A stretch of 63,508 nt of DNA, counting the filler, from Reticulomyxa filosa (taxonomy: Eukaryota; Protista; Foraminifera): the NCBI GenBank assembly GCA_000512085.1. It is 20 parts of 20 records of this genome, joined end to end, with 100 filler letters (N's around TTAATTAATTAA, not from the genome) between each part and the next. Parts side by side here need not be neighbours in the genome. Positions count along the whole stretch, not along the records: positions 44,414 to 55,455 come from ASPP01005122.1; positions 55,556 to 56,793 come from ASPP01032891.1; positions 56,894 to 59,339 come from ASPP01034838.1; positions 59,440 to 62,157 come from ASPP01005296.1; 16 more parts are not named here. One strand, given 5' to 3'. Numbering within the stretch: position 1 is the stretch's first letter; each line of letters starts with the position of its first letter. The notes below the pieces were generated by a model. That model was not told the DNA's origin. It ran no database searches and saw only the letters and a program-made list of their open reading frames with translations. Shown here in pieces: positions 50,228 to 62,257 of the stretch. Made by a program: the position numbers and the translations under genes.

Positions 50228-52064
50228 TTACACAGATATCCTTTGTTGGAAGAGGATGTCATAATCAGTTGTGTCCTGACTTTCTACACAATACCATTCA
50301 CCACTTTTATTGCTGCGAATATCCGTTCTGATATCTTGCAACATTTGCTTAAATGGATAACCAATCTTATATTGTGATGTGATAACTTTTTTAATGCTTT
50401 TGCTCAGCAATGACAAATCAGCTACTTGATGCCCCTTTGTGGTTGACCAAATACTCAGAAATCCATCGTCGTTATGTCCATATAATGTTTCATTTCCTCG
50501 TGTTGTAATTTCATGAGCTTTTGGAATACTTTCACCACGACAAGCATCAACTATAAAAATTTTTGGGAAATCTTTGAATGATTCCATTTCGTGACAATTA
50601 AATGATGAACGTATTCTATCAATGGATACATATTTTCCATCGCTTGTCACTAACATATTTCCATTATCTCCGTGTCCACAAATGATCACAATTAATCCAT
50701 CATATTTGTGAGGATTTTTATGAAGTTGATAATTTGTAACTAGTTCAAATAGAAATGATTGAACATCTTGTTTTGTCATATTCGAAGATAAATTACATAC
50801 AATTTCATAATTCAATTCTTGTTCAAATAATTGCTTAAAATTCGTAATGTCCTTTTCTTTTACATTCGGGAGATTACGCCACATTGTATTGTCCATATAT
50901 TCACTAATAGCAATCATTATTACCAATGCATTCTTAATTGTTTTTGTTTTTCCAATTATCGCTGGCCGTTGATACGGAGTCCAAAGAATTTTAAATGTAG
51001 GCTCATTACTTTCAAATTCTTTCTTCACTTTTTCATCTGATTCAATAATATTATCTTTTACATCACTCAATTCAAGTTTTAAATTTTCATTTCTCATTTT
51101 TTGAAAGTCCTTCCATTCCAAGCAATAATAACTTTGACAAACAAGTTCTTCAAATGTCAATCTTTTTACTTTTATCTCTTTTTTTCTTTCGTCTACGATC
51201 ACATATGCTGTCAACTATTTAATATATTGTAATTGTAACTTGAATCAAAAAAAGTAAAAGAAACATAATTAACTTTCTTTTCTATGCTATCTTGATTGCC
51301 CTATTCGTTCAATTACATAATGCATACATTTGATAAATTGTAATAAAATAATAAATAACGTAACAAAAGCAAGAAAAGCATCAATAGAAAAGCAAATAGA
51401 ATCAATATCATTTTCTGTGATTTCATTTTTCCATTTGCATTTATTCAATAACCATATCACAAACTGTTCATTTGACAATGCTTTAAACTTTTCAATTATA
51501 GTTGTTTTGTCTTCTTCGTTTTTTTGACTCCACCATTTTATCCATTCTTTATCTTTCTCCTGTTTTATTTATTTTTGCAATATTTGTTCAGTGCAAAAAA
51601 AAAGATAGAATATAGTCCTAACATTAATCTTTTTAGGTTTTGTCAATTCTTTATCTTTGCTTTGTTGATCTTTTTCTTGCGCTTGTTCTTCTGTTGTCCT
51701 AGTGTAGTAATCATCTTTTAAAAAAATATCGTAAATCAATGAAAAAAATAACATACACAATTTCTTCTTTATATTCATCAAATTTTACCGGTCGTCCGCA
51801 TACTTTGTGTTCTTTGTTTTTTCTATTTTATGTTTTTATATTAGTTGTTTGTCTTTGCTGACATTTTGAAGATCCAAAAATATAATCAAACCTTGCTGGC
51901 CACCATTTGTTGACTTCAGCAAATTTATATGGATAATTTCTTTGTTTGCAAAACGCAAGCATTTGCTTTGTGTCATAGGGATAGTGTCCAACATGTACTT
52001 TAAATTCTTGGCTGATGTCATCCAACGATTTTACATCGCTTTCCTCGCCGGATATGTCAGACAT
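50228..52064 (-). CDS. Caspase-like protease (peptidase C14) with helical N-terminal segments and a PB1-like domain
   Basis: Multi-exon gene starting at ATG 52064. The last exon has NALVIMI, the catalytic ICGHG (His codon ~50673), PKIFIVDACRG (~50540) and the p10-like DGFLSIWSTTKG. The preceding ~80 aa carry a beta-grasp/OPCA-like pattern (LTFEEL...LSDVKDNIIESDE.V). Confidence 0.88.
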
Positions 52065-53018
52065 AATTTTAAATATATCAAATGAAAAAAAAATACTTTT
52101 TTTCTACTCAAAAAAAAGGCTAAGAGGTACAAAACAAGCAACGTATTTAGTAATCTCAAAACGTTTATTTATACTAATATTTTTTAAATAAATATGTAAA
52201 TAAAGGTTGAGTATTAAGTAATTTAAAAGCTTCTACTAATTCCGTTTATTCAATTTTAGAAGTTGTGATGGTCCATGCTGATAACACTCGTTTTCGACTT
52301 TGTATCTCCTTTTCGAACTTTTTTTGAGTGGCTGTCCCATTTTTGTCCTGATCTTACTACGCACGAACAAAAATACGAGATTTTTTGCATTTATAATCAA
52401 TTTTTGAACTGCAAAAAGAAAAAACCACATAGAGAAGTATGACATTTGCGTCCAGACCAAGTAGTAAAAAAAGTTACGTAAATATTGACGGTTCATAGTA
52501 CAAAAAAAGTCTATGCATATATGTACATCTTGTGTGGGTGTACAAAAAGAAATCGATTTTTGATTTGTACATGTTCACAACAGGTATCCAAAGAATTCAA
52601 GGTATGTTAAAAATTTCCACCAGAGATTAACAAATAGAAACTTCTTTTTTTGTCGACATCTCTCGAAAGTGAAAAAAAAACAAATCCACATGATCATTTT
52701 TTGTAGGAAAGATATGCAATTACAACAAAGGAAACAAGATGAAATGGTTTGAGGTCGGTTTTATTTTTCATTTTTTTTTAATGAAAGATTTCATCTTTTT
52801 TTTTTGGGCATAACAAAAGATAATAATCAGTGATCATCCTTTGGAATTGATAAACGCAATGTGGTACCATGGAGGTGTTGTCGACAACGAAGATGTGAGA
52901 GTTTTTTCTCAAAATAAGAGTTATGAAGACAAAACAGTAAATATGCATATTATATATATGTATATATATGTATATATTTGTATGAACAAAGATTGCACAA
53001 CTATATTTAATAGATGAT

Positions 53019-55455
53019 GTGAAATGTAATGGAGGTATGCAAGACAAGAGCAATAGTAATTATACTGATACAAGTGGAAAAGATCGAAAATACGTAAAAG
53101 AAATAAGAGTATTAGTTAGTCTATTCGGAAATTCAATCAATGAAGAAGGATTACAACAGAAAATAGAATATCACAATGGAAATCTTGAATTGGTGATTAA
53201 AGATCTTGTTCAACAATCGATTGAAAATGAGGTATTAAAATAATATGAATAGCAGTGTCTTTCTATTTATCAATATTGATGTTTTATTCCTTTGTTACAA
53301 AAAAAAAAAAAAAAAGATAAATTAGAAGCAGAAAGCAAAATCAATGAATTGAAAGAAACAGAGCAGGTAATAACAAATTTACTTCCTTTATTTGTTTAAA
53401 TATTTCTTTTGTTTTTTGGGGAAATTGATAGAAACAAGTACAAGAAAACGCAGGAAATGAGGACAGTAGTAAGAGTATTCAAAAGGAAATGGAAAAAACA
53501 GAAATAGGAGAAACAAAGCCAGGAATTAATCTGCAAGGATATTGTAGCAATGGAACTTGTTTGGCATCAAAAGCCAAATTACCAGTATGGATAAATATTG
53601 GATTTGATAATATTACATTTATTTCGGACAAGGCATCATTTAGCTGTCCTGATTGTAAAAAATCAACTGCTAATGTAATTATTAAAGCCATGTTTTATAA
53701 CTCTGAACATTCCATTTGTGCAAGTGGTGATTTAATACCTGTAAAAGATAATAATTATCAATGTTCATATACAATCAAACCTGGGTTGTCTTATGAATTA
53801 AAAGCAAACAAAATAAGACAACATGCAAAGAGTATTGAAGATTTAAGAGAAAGGAGTGAATATGCAATGAATAGTATTGAAATAAACAATTTAGTAACAG
53901 AATTGCAAAAATACGAAATCACAGTTGTGAAACCACCTAGTTTAAAAGGAAATGAAAGATTATTGGAAAAGATTCAAGCAGATTATGGTGGTGATTTTAA
54001 TGAAGCATTTGATATTGGAAGATTCACCATTTTATGTGATAATCCAACTAAATTACAAACTGCAGTTGCAGTCATGAAGAAGGCTAGACAATTCAATTTG
54101 GTTGTGTCCGAAGATAAAGACTTCTTTGATAAACAATCAAAGACACATTATCGATTCCATAATATTAAATTGTATGTTTCAAAACATGATGTATATATTG
54201 AAATGCAAGCAACATTGAAAAATTTTACAACATTGGAAGGATACACTGTGATCGAAAATCCAAAATTTAGTCATTTATTTTATGAACATATTCGAGCATG
54301 GAAACCTAATAATCAAATTGAAGAAGAATTAAAACAAGCGAGTGATAAAACATTGACTAAAATCAATGATATAATTTGTGAATGGATTAATACAAAAGAA
54401 ATCCAAAAAATTGCAAATCGTTACAAGCCACATTCAGAAATTCGAATATTGAAACCTCCACAACTGAAAGGAATAAATGAAGAAGAAATTAATTCCAAAA
54501 ATGATATTTCATTAAAATTGATCAAATTTGTTTATGATCAACTTTGCAAATTCAATCCAAAGGAAATGAAAGGAAAAGCTATTTATGTTATTTTATTTGA
54601 ATATTTCAAAGGATACATTATTGGTGAAATGAATCCAGCGAGTTGTGCTGATGTTATATCACTATTAAAAGAATCAAGGAAACAAGAATTAGAAGAAGAT
54701 ACAACAATTTCACAAGCACTTGAAACATATATTCCATTACAGGCAAACAATTATCCATATACTGACGATGATAATAATAAAAAAAGTGATTCATATGATT
54801 GTCATCAATATATTATTGATTCATTAAGAGAAGAAAAAGAAGAAACAAAAAATGAACAACAACAAGTGATAATACTACAAGGAAAATCAGGAGCAGGTAA
54901 GAGTCTATTTTGTCGTCATTTAGAAGAGGCATTGTGGGAATTATATGCAAGTGGTTCTATAACATCCATTCCTGTTTATATTTCATTACCAAAATGTTAT
55001 AATGAAGTAAACGAAAAACAAATAATCTCTCAAGCACTACAAATGAAACAAATCAATAAAGAGATAATTGACGTTATTCGCGAGAATATTTCATTTGTGT
55101 TTATTTTAGATGGATTTGATGAAACATTTGACAAATATGATAAAAATAATAATAATGAAAGATATTTTTATGATCGGTTCAATTTAAATGAATGGAATGC
55201 AAAGATAATAGTAACCTGCCGAAGCCATGTGTTAAATGATGAAGATATTAAAAGCGTTTTAATTGGTTCAAAGAACATTACAACAACATCAATTATATAT
55301 TTGTGGCCTTTTTCAAAAGAACAAATGAATGGATATATTGATAAATTTGTAAAAATGAATAAAAAAAATAAAATGAATGATTATTTGAATTGGACAATAC
55401 AACAATATGAAACAACATTGAAAAATTATCCAAATTTAAATAAAATGATGGAAGA
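53019..55455 (+). CDS. NLR-like STAND protein paralogue 2: CUE/UBA-like - C4 Zn domain - RelA/SpoT-like NTase - NACHT (3' truncated)
   Basis: An exon EIRVLVSLFGNSINEEGLQQKIEYHNGNLELVIKDL and two short introns come first. Then GINLQGYC...CPDC, LKGNERLLEKIQADYGGDFNEAFDIGRFTI, HYRFHN, IEMQAT, SHLFYE, GKSGAGKS (~54881) and FVFILDGFDE (~55094). Collinear with the 20.3-24.2 kb gene. Confidence 0.9.
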
Positions 55456-56893
55456 NNNNNNNNNNNNNNNNNNNNNNNNNNNNNNNNNNNNNNNNNNNNT
55501 TAATTAATTAANNNNNNNNNNNNNNNNNNNNNNNNNNNNNNNNNNNNNNNNNNNNGCAGTTAGTCTACGCCCGCGGGTGGCGATTTTGCGCGTTTCGAAA
55601 CATAAAGATTAATTTCATATAGCCAATTTCAATAAAGCCGGCGGACTGATTGTTTTTTTTTCCTATACTTTTAAGCAAGTCCAACACGATATAACATGAA
55701 ATGATTCACCCGATGTAGTGGTTCGTTCGATCTCAATATCGATTGTTTTCTTTTTCTTCTTCGTTTTCCACTTTTTCGTCGGTCCAGTCGCTGCAGTCGT
55801 TATTACACCATAACGTCGACATCGTTTTCACTTTCCTTTTTTTCTTCTGATTTTGTATTCATACGAATTGCATCAGCTCTTATCGTTCTTGTGACGAGAG
55901 GCATACTTTGGTCTTGGACAATGGCCGTCGTTGGCAATTCTCGAATATATCACCAATGCGTTCATTCAGCAATTTTTGGATTGGCGATGCAATGGCTGAA
56001 GCTATCATGTATAACTTCTTTTTTTTTGGACGTATTCGCTGATGTTTTTCTTTCTCGCTTTCTTGGGTGCCGTCCAACACGTCGCCAGTAGTTCATAGTC
56101 GATCACGGAGACAGTTTGGTAATAGTAATAAGCGCTTGCTCGACAAAAGCAAGACTACAGCCCTTGCAGCGATGGAACCAAAAATGCAACGGACATGCTG
56201 ACCAGTGAAGATAGAGATAGCTCAATGTATCGCGAGCTCACGATTTAAAATCCAAGTTGTGCATGTGCGCACGCACACAGCTAGTGCTCGATATCTGAGC
56301 TAACAGAATTAGCTCAATTTCTATAATGATATAGTGATCATTGTTCGTTGGCGACTATAGACTGCATGTCGACGTTTTCTTTGGTGCTGTGTCTCGCCAA
56401 CAATTATCCGTATCGACTTTTGTAGGCCAATGTTGACGGTAAACGTTCTTTCCAATGAGAGATCGGCCTCCGATATCGATTGTTGCTCCAAGTTTGAAAA
56501 TTGACCAATCCACAACGATCGATTTTCACTTGTCGCTGTCATGTATAGCAACAACAACTTTTCATCAAATATTCATCTTTTTGTTTGCCATTGATCTTGG
56601 CTTTGCTTTTCAACTTCTCCACCGACTTGGTCGCTCGTACAGGACCTCCTCTTCTGCGCGTTGATTGAGCGCATTCATGCGTGTAAATGTACGCACACAT
56701 TTAAATTTTTGGGAACAATTTTCCTTTTTTTCTTTTTATATTTCTTCAACTTTTTTTTCTTTTTTTTTTTTTTTTTTCTCTTTTTTTTTCTTTNNNNNNN
56801 NNNNNNNNNNNNNNNNNNNNNNNNNNNNNNNNNNNNNTTAATTAATTAANNNNNNNNNNNNNNNNNNNNNNNNNNNNNNNNNNNNNNNNNNNN

Positions 56894-59339
56894 CAATGAA
56901 AATGTTGGGAATGGACTTTTTACAAACAAATATGGGATAAATGCGCGAGATCTCCGAAAAAAACCAAAACAATGCAAAGCCATTTCATCTAACAATTAGG
57001 ACACTAGGAGGCTTTGATTGCATTGTTATTGTCGAAGGCAGCACGGTGCTACAGTGAATGTCTCCACCACAATATCGCATAGTGTTGAGGCTCATCAATC
57101 TCGAGCAGCGCCAAGACAACAAGGCAAAACACTTTATATATTGCCGCACACTCACAAATGCCTGCAAATTACACCAGCAATATCCATTTATTACATGTAT
57201 AGATTGTGCTTTTTTTGTGTGTGACCAATTTTTAGAAGAAGTATATATGTGTAAATAAATATATGTACATAATTTGTTTTTGTAAAAAATAAAAAAAAAT
57301 GCGACATAATTATGTGTATAGGCCATACTGTGATGGAAAAAAAAAGATACCAAGGGGTAGAATGCCACCCCCGTCTCCGAAAGGAGCAAATAAGGTTTGC
57401 TTGTTTTTTCTTTTTTAAAACATAATAATCTGTTGTGTGTTTGTAATAGGAATTCCACCGCCCATCCAAATATAGTTCCATTTATTTTCTCCTTCCACAC
57501 ACACAAAAAAAAGCAACAAATTGTGGTTGAAATCTACCTAGTGTGAAAAAGAAAAAGCAAAGGTTTGTATGTTTTTTTTTATGTGTATAATCCTTTCGAT
57601 ATAAGATGTGATTTTGTGTGTGCTTGTTGAAATAGGAATTCCCACTATCAAAGAAAAAAACATATATGCATATACAAATATATTTTTTATATTTATCTCC
57701 ATCATTCAAAAAAAAAAGTATTGTCAGTGTGTTATCAAAGGAAAAAAAAAGATTAAATTGGATATTCAGTTGCAGCAAAGGTCCGGCAAAGTATGTAAGT
57801 TTGTTCTATGATGGGGGAGGGGAAAACGTTGTTAATAAGGGATGGGAAAAAAGTAATAATAAGAAAAAATGATAGAAAAAGAAAAAAAAGATAAAAAAAA
57901 GGATGAAGAAAAAAAAAGGATAAAAAAGAATGAAAAAGAAAAAGAAAAAAGATAAAAAAAAAAAGAATAAGTGAAAGAAAAAAAAGAATAAGAATAAAAA
58001 AGAAAAAAAAAATAAGAATAAGAAAGAAATTATTTATATTTATATGGGAGCTATGACTCCAAAAACTATTGTTACCACGCGATGATAACAAATGTTAGTT
58101 AAGTAATTTTTTTATTTGTTTGCTTGAAAAAAAATTAACTCTAATTTTACAGTTAAAGCTATTGCATGTTTACAATAGGAACGCAGATGGTTGTTTTGGT
58201 GGAGTGCTGTTTCATTATCGCGATGGAATTTGTGATGTTTTGGCATACAAATTGGCAAATCAAGTACCAATAATTGCACAAGCTAATCAACAGTATCCAC
58301 ATCAATGTTCCTGGCAAGACATCAGACAATGCAACTTACAGACACTCGCACTACTTGTAAGAGCATTGAAAAAGAAAAGAGCAAGCCCTTTTGCAAAATT
58401 GCTACTAGCTTGATTATCGATATCATCAAAAGTGTCTGCAAGTCAATGAGAGAATGGTCCAAGCAGAGAATATGAAGTGGGTGATTTTGTTCGACATATA
58501 CTGATTGACAAAATTCACCCACAATTGAAGATTATATCCACCAAAGATATACGTTCAAGTGGACTGTGCTATGTACAGAATGTAATGATCACAACACAGC
58601 AGATAGTGTTACAATTTCATTTTTTAGTATACGTCCAATCCAACTGATGTTCCATGGGCTTCCACTTTTTCGCAGACGCCAATACATGGAATACACTTAT
58701 TGTGATTCAATCTCAAGTCTTTCGTTTTTTGTTAGAACCTGATGAACACAATTTGGTGGATGTACCTGCGTTTCATGTGCTCGAATAACACGTTATGCAA
58801 AATTTCATCAATAATTTCCTCTTTGACAAACTATCTAGCTCAACATTCAGTATACAAATATTTCCTAAAACCAATTACAACACTACAAAACCAGCATAGT
58901 TACTAGTAACAACGGCAGCGCACCGTCCAGTTCCATTGGTCCAAGTATTAATCTGAATAATTCATTTATTGAAAAAAGATCACAATCCGAACAACAAATT
59001 GCACTTCCATGATCTTGCAACTATCAACTTGCAGTCTATTACATCCATAATTGCCGATAAAATATGAACACTGGTTGGACATACTTCAATTTGCAACGAC
59101 CAGGATATCAATTGTTGCAGCATTGGAACATCTTCATAAATTGAACATTGCATCCGAGGTACCATATCGAGACGCGAATGAGCAATCCTCACTCCAAGCA
59201 AGTAATCCCATAGCCAAAAGAGGAGATCAATTGTATAATGAAAGTGGTTACAGTTATTGTTGACACTTACGAAAAAGCCAAGTTTTTTTCAAACTGATCG
59301 AAATTAATCGAAGGACTTCCTCTTTCCTCAACATCATCG
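56894..59339 (+). pseudogene. Heavily decayed large gene of unknown family
   Basis: Coding-like composition with splice sites (GT 57241, AG 58151-58152), but many stops and frameshifts. Confidence 0.4.
57354..58120. repeat. Double-hairpin module (copy 2)
   Basis: GGGGTAGAATGCCACCCCCGTCTCCGAAAGGAGCAAA plus downstream blocks collinear with 15062-15810. Confidence 0.7.
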
Positions 59340-59439
59340 NNNNNNNNNNNNNNNNNNNNNNNNNNNNNNNNNNNNNNNNNNNNTTAATTAATTAANNNNN
59401 NNNNNNNNNNNNNNNNNNNNNNNNNNNNNNNNNNNNNNN

Positions 59440-61069
59440 CTCGAGCTCGGGCTCCATTCTCTTTTCCACCACATGCGTCCGCAATAAAATGTTTTTGATA
59501 TCCGGCGCTGGGTCTCTGCAAAATTACTTGCATGAGTTCAAAGATGGCACGAGGGATTACAACGAAGACGACAGCACCGAGCTGCTCAGCCAAATGTTAC
59601 ATTGCTTTATACAAAGTATTTACCCTGACGTTGAGGTCATTCCTTTTCACAGTGGCAAAGAGATTTTCCGATGTTTGTTTGTTTCATTTTTGACTTGTCG
59701 TGTTAGAGTTTTTTTTTTTTTTTTTTTTTGGATTCAATTCTGCGTATGCGTTGTCTCTGAAGATACTGAAAACATTCGATTTGTTCATCAAGAACTTCGT
59801 CCCGCCATTGACGAGGAGCTGTCTCACTTGGCCACTCATTTCGGCAATCGCTGGAAAAAGTACTTCCACTTGTCATTGGCTTTGTGCGACGGAGCTCCTG
59901 CAAGGTTGTCGGCCTTGACCGAGGGGCTCAGACCCTTTGAGCCGGACGTGCTGCATGTTGTCAACTTAAAAACCCTGTGGTCCAAGTTTCGTTTCAACCA
60001 ATATAAATAAATACATATATACATATATTTGTATTTATTTATATTGATATAAACCGATATGATAAACTGCTATGATTTGAAATGAAAATATACACCCAGA
60101 TTCCCCAAACTTGACCGGCTGTGGGAAGAGGATATCGAATACCTAACATTCAACGACATGGAAACATACCCGGACTGCAGCGACATGAAGTGGACAAAGA
60201 TGTGCAAAAGATTGTGTACGAGATGGAGCGATGGAAGGACGACTTTGTGATCAAGATGAAAGCACCCAAGTCGGAAATCGAAACGTTTTGGCTGCGGAAG
60301 CCTTTCAGCCCATTTTGGCAATTGTGGTGATTCAAAAGCCGAACGAGCCGATCGAATATTTCCGCGGGGTCAACATGGAGGTGGCCATGTCGACAGGCTC
60401 TTTATGTGCCGAAAGAAACGCCATTGGCAGTGCCTTTGTCAGTGATCCTTCCATTCGCAGAGAATACTTCAAAATGGTGGCTGTTTTGCAAATGCCAAAT
60501 TTGCCATCCACAACTCGAATGTCCAAGCTCGACAGGGAGTTATCTCCTCAGCCCTCTGGTGTGTGTGTGTGATAATCCATTTCTGTGAGTTGGTGGCTGG
60601 CAGTCCTATGTTTCAATACATCTTTGTACGATAGCTTCACCGGTTAGTCCTCCTCCTTTGCGCTTGGAGAAAGCCCAGCATCATTACAGCGCCTCGACTC
60701 ATCGCAATCAGGCCATGTTGAGTCAAAGCAATCCCTTTGGCAAGAACAAATTGTCCCCCAGCACGCATTTAAAGGTCGACGAAGACGGGCTCGAAGATCA
60801 AAATCCTCGAGGTCCTTGTGGCGCATGTGCGGAATGGCTCAAGAAAATTGCGGAGGTCAATCCCAATTTTAAAATTGTCACTTTTTCTGACGTCAAGTTA
60901 GCAAAGTTCCTTTTTTTTTTTTTTTTTCTCAATTGCAATATTATGTTTGAAATGTTCAATTGTGATGTAAAAAAAAAAAAAAAAAAAAATTAAAAAAAAT
61001 TGCTCTTGCATTTGTTTACACTTCTTTTTATACAGCATGACCGAAGTCTTTGTTCGTCATGTAGGATGA
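59440..61069 (+). CDS. Cytidine-deaminase-fold protein with an N-terminal alpha/beta domain (two 1-nt frameshifts; 5' truncated)
   Basis: GVNMEVAMSTGSLCAERNAIG and PCGACAEWL form the CAE/PCxxC zinc signature. Introns: 59673-59762, 59986-~60099, 60559-60634, ~60897-61035. Stop at 61067-61069. Frame slips at ~60170 and ~60301. Confidence 0.85.
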
Positions 61070-61641
61070 TCCAATGCTGATATGGCAGAATGTAAGAAAG
61101 GAAGAAAGAAAGTGGGAGAAGGTCGTGCGAAGATAAAGAACACGTAGTCATTGAAAATCAATTCTTGTGCTCAATTGTCTTGATTTCTTTTTCTGTTCTT
61201 GTTATCATTGTTTTGTGTTTGTTGGGGAAAAATAAAAACTAGCTATAAAATTGATTTTCAAACTTTATTCATTTCGCAAGACCCTTATGTTAAAAAGTGA
61301 CTTGCCTTTTGCCTTTCATTGCTTTTGGATAATATCCTCCATCTTTCAAGTTTGATTGATCATTGAACTACTTAAAGAAAAATTTTGGTTGTTTAATTTT
61401 TTGGAAAATGGGAAAGTAGTTAGGATTTCTTGGAAATGTGTAATATCTTCTGATGTTTCATTATTATTGTCTCAATGCGTACATCATACATAGAATATAT
61501 GTCGACAATGCCCTTCGCAAGGGAGTTTTTAAAAAATGCGTTTCACTCTTTAAACAATTTATTGGATTGGAATGTGTGATGAAAGGATTGTATGAAAAAA
61601 AGATAGTATTGCACACGACAATGTCTAAATAGATATGCTAT

Positions 61642-61870
61642 TGTAGGGCAAGGTCCTATAAATGTCTGAACGTTGAAGGAACCTGGGAGTCCCCAGTGGG
61701 CTAAAACTCCTCAACCAACTTCACTTACTCTTTTATTTTGTTTTCTTCTTTTGTTGCGTCATTCATCTTTCTTTTATTTAATTCACTTTTGTTTTACCGA
61801 ACACTGGTTTCCTGAGTAAAACCCTTTTCGTATTACATTTAGTATAACCTCTTCCAGCTGACGTCCCACA
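61642..61870 (-). mobile_element. Solo LTR, same family as 29018-29240
   Basis: The reverse complement reads TGTGGGAC...TGTAATACGAAA...CCACTGGGG...CCCTACA. No TSD is preserved. Confidence 0.75.
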
Positions 61871-62257
61871 TGACATTAAACAACTATTTAAATTGAAATA
61901 TGCTTCTTGTTTTGAATATTGATGTTATTGTATGTTAAAACATTAAAGATTTAAATTAGAAAATAATTACAATTTTTTTTTCAAAAATACATTCACTTTT
62001 CCAATTTTTTTACAACATTATACTTTTCTGCTTGAAGTTGCAAATTAGTACTATCTTCAAAAGGAAACACTTCAATACTTTTCGGATTCAACATTTTTAG
62101 ACTTGTCTCGTAGAAACGTTGTTTGGCACTTGTCTTTGTTAGAGTTTTTTCCCCTTTNNNNNNNNNNNNNNNNNNNNNNNNNNNNNNNNNNNNNNNNNNN
62201 NTTAATTAATTAANNNNNNNNNNNNNNNNNNNNNNNNNNNNNNNNNNNNNNNNNNNN

